The notes under the pieces were generated by a model. It was not told where the DNA came from. It ran no database searches and worked only from the letters and a program-made list of their open reading frames with translations. This document shows positions 60,475-62,868 of a DNA stretch of 62,868 bases, piece by piece (the stretch's first letter is position 1; every line of letters begins with the position of its first letter). The position numbers were made by a program, and so were the translations under genes. The DNA lies in NCBI GenBank assembly GCA_019058295.1, contig JAHPZI010000025.1, positions 12,418 to 75,285 of the forward strand, in the 5' to 3' direction. The DNA comes from Promethearchaeota archaeon. GTDB lineage: Archaea > Asgardarchaeota > Lokiarchaeia > Sigyniarchaeales > SOKP01.

Positions 60475-61722
60475 ATGGGATTTATTAAAAATCTTAAAAA
60501 GTTAGGAGAAGAGGAGAACAAAGTTTTTCTTTTTCTTGTAGTATGGCTTCTAATGGCGTACGCTTGTATGATAATCTTCACATTCCTTGGAATGGCGATA
60601 GTAGGAATAATGATATATTATCCTTTATTGGCATTTACTTTATTCCTATGGTTTATATCTTTATTTAGAAAAAAGATAAGAGACTTTTCAATGAAAAAAT
60701 TAATTCTTTTATTAGCTATTGACATTATTTTAATGATTATCCTCTTATTTGCAATAGTCGTAGTCTTAATGGTAGCAGTCCTTTCATATATATTTCTCAC
60801 GAGCTATTTCATAGTCGTCGGATGTTATCAGGCAGGCAAAGATCGCGATGAGAAGCTATACTATAAAAAAGGTGCTTGGTTTTGGAGGCGCTTAGAATTT
60901 CATGGAGGATTAGCATTTTCTCTAATTCTACTTATTGTTCTTTTATTTGCAACATTAGAAGTGGCTTCGTTTGCTGATGTAACTGGTTTAATTGTTATTG
61001 CGTATATTGCTGTCATCATAGTCCTCCTTGTTTTAACAATATATTGCTACATAGAATCTTTTCTTAAAAAACGGCTGAATGGTTGGCTCGGAACTTTTTT
61101 TGTTTTTATCACGTTTTATACATTCTATTTAGTATTGAAAGTCTTTCTTAGACTATATGAAGGTACTGGTGGAGAAACTCCTCTCTATCAAGTAATAGCT
61201 CTGCTGTTTTTAGATCTTTTTATTCTTTTATATTCAATCGGGGCAATATTAGGAAAACAAGGGGAAGTTTTAGCAAAAAGAACAAAAATATTCAGCATCG
61301 ATACAATTTTACTCTGGCTTATTTTTTCTAAGGCTGCATTCGAATTTGGCTCAAACTTTCCTTGGGGCACGTTTGGCTTAGTTCAAGCGTTCGGATTCGG
61401 AAATCCATCTGAAATAGGACCTCTCTTCAACCTTATTGCGGTTTGCGCTATTTTAGCTATCTTTTTCTTCCTAATCATTGTTTTTGGCTTCTATGGAATT
61501 CATCAATACAGTAAGGAAAAGGAGCACCTGAAAGCAAAAAGGGAAGAGATAATGGAGGCAAGAAAATCTGGAAAGGAAGAAGAAGCTGAGATCAAACCAG
61601 ATGATTTAGTTGTTGCTGATTTTGAAGGGGCGGTCGAAAAATCCGAAATTGAAGAAGAAACTATGGATGAAGAAAATGAGGATGGTACTACTTTGGATAA
61701 CGAGTATGTAAACAATGATTAA
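60475..61722 (+). CDS. Polytopic membrane protein, tandem paralog 4, with acidic tail
   Basis: NGWLG, LWLIFSKAAFE; about 70-aa acidic C-terminal tail. Confidence 0.85.
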   Translation: MGFIKNLKKLGEEENKVFLFLVVWLLMAYACMIIFTFLGMAIVGIMIYYPLLAFTLFLWFISLFRKKIRDFSMKKLILLLAIDIILMIILLFAIVVVLMVAVLSYIFLTSYFIVVGCYQAGKDRDEKLYYKKGAWFWRRLEFHGGLAFSLILLIVLLFATLEVASFADVTGLIVIAYIAVIIVLLVLTIYCYIESFLKKRLNGWLGTFFVFITFYTFYLVLKVFLRLYEGTGGETPLYQVIALLFLDLFILLYSIGAILGKQGEVLAKRTKIFSIDTILLWLIFSKAAFEFGSNFPWGTFGLVQAFGFGNPSEIGPLFNLIAVCAILAIFFFLIIVFGFYGIHQYSKEKEHLKAKREEIMEARKSGKEEEAEIKPDDLVVADFEGAVEKSEIEEETMDEENEDGTTLDNEYVNND

Positions 61723-61860
61723 TTTCCGAATCTAATATTCAAATCTAATAAATACTATTTTTTTTATTTTTTATGACAAATCAAAAAATCGTAAAAGATT
61801 AACAATTTAATAATTAGATTTATTAAATATTAATTTAAGAAGTATCATACTTGATTTGTT

Positions 61861-62397
61861 TTGGAGTTTAAAATGAAGCCTCTTGAAACTGAAGGTGAAA
61901 TAAAGGAAATCGTTCTCGAAAAATTTGAAAAATTATCCTTAAAAGTGGAACAGTTAAGAGACGAGATATCTAAAATGAAATTTAAATTAGATAAATCAAA
62001 TAAAATGAATAGAACCTTTGGGCTCAAGACTCTTCGAAATTCAGAACCTTTAAATTTCGCTAAAGACGTTAATGGAATTGGAAGTCCTACAAAGAATTAT
62101 GTCTTATCTATCAGAGCTATAACAGAAGAATGGAAGGGACGTCAAAATGATATAATGATAACCATCCGTCAACAAGATAAGGAAACTCAACAAGATTTAA
62201 AATCACTTGGAATTCGTATTCCCATAAATGATATAAAAAAGATTAGGAAGCTGTCTAAAGAAATAATTTCCTTATTATTTGTTGCATGCGAATTAAAAGG
62301 AATTGAAATAAATGATATCCTACGAGAGATTTTATTAGAAGTTAATGAGGATGGTTCTAAAATGATTAATGAAATCAAGCAGAAAATGGTTTTTTAA
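61861..62397 (+). CDS. Hypothetical protein
   Basis: 178-aa ORF with N-terminal coiled coil. Confidence 0.65.
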   Translation: MEFKMKPLETEGEIKEIVLEKFEKLSLKVEQLRDEISKMKFKLDKSNKMNRTFGLKTLRNSEPLNFAKDVNGIGSPTKNYVLSIRAITEEWKGRQNDIMITIRQQDKETQQDLKSLGIRIPINDIKKIRKLSKEIISLLFVACELKGIEINDILREILLEVNEDGSKMINEIKQKMVF

Positions 62398-62582
62398 TTA
62401 AATTCCTTAGATTTCTTCCTTATCTATTTTTTACTACAATAATAAAAAATCGCATTTATATTAATTATAAAATATAAAATTGGTTGCAAAAAAACCTCCC
62501 TTATGATTTTAAATGAAAATATGATCTTATTTTAGATAAATATAAATATTTTTAATTTATAAGACAAAAATGTGATTAAAGA

Positions 62583-62868
62583 ATGAAAAAAAAAATTATA
62601 AAACGAGGGTTGATCTTATTTTCAGTACTCATAGGGTTATTCCTAACTTCTATTATCTTTAATTCAATAACGCCAATTGCTCTTAACTCTAATGGCGATG
62701 ACTTTGATGAAATTAATACGGATGTATTTAAATTGCCAAAAACGAGCGGCACACAGATTAATATTACAACACCTGAAAATAAAACGTATTATGAACCGAT
62801 GAGTGAGTACTACCCTGCGACATTTGGATTTGAAAATGATAAACACGGAAACTTTCCAGACGGGTGGT
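62583..62868 (+). CDS. Secreted protein, N-terminal part (runs off the window; not in the ORF track)
   Basis: MKKKIIKRGLILFSVLIGLFL signal peptide, then INITTPENKTYYEPMSEYYPATFGFEND; no stop. Confidence 0.75.
   Translation, partial: MKKKIIKRGLILFSVLIGLFLTSIIFNSITPIALNSNGDDFDEINTDVFKLPKTSGTQINITTPENKTYYEPMSEYYPATFGFENDKHGNFPDGW

Noticed and set aside
62664-62846. Minus-strand 60-aa ORF at the window end
   Set aside because: Antisense to a signal-peptide-bearing + strand ORF starting at 62583
1-62868. CRISPR arrays, rRNA, IS/integrase genes, tRNA-derived att sites
   Set aside because: None seen; no duplicated tRNA 3' ends were found by eye

Overview
AT-rich, gene-dense archaeal chromosomal segment, most likely Asgard/Lokiarchaeia. 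Supporting markers are aCPSF1, a proteasome beta subunit, an A/V-type ATPase, a Loki-CTERM-like surface protein, an EF-2 paralog lacking the diphthamide motif and a BHB-intron tRNA. No CRISPR array, rRNA or transposase was seen. Main points of interest: (1) an inositol-phosphate locus with ino1, four ITPK1-like ATP-grasp proteins and two phosphatases; (2) an unannotated ~183-nt multi-helix non-coding element upstream of tRNA-Gln; (3) at least five conserved genes whose N-termini appear to need ATA/ATT/TTA starts; (4) a UFL1-like winged-helix protein fused to a coat/BBSome-like appendage; (5) a multi-PAS pseudo-histidine-kinase ending in a longin-like domain; (6) a tandem array of four paralogous membrane proteins of unknown family; (7) a 68-bp direct repeat bracketing one gene. 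All family assignments come from motif recognition by eye; no database searches were run.
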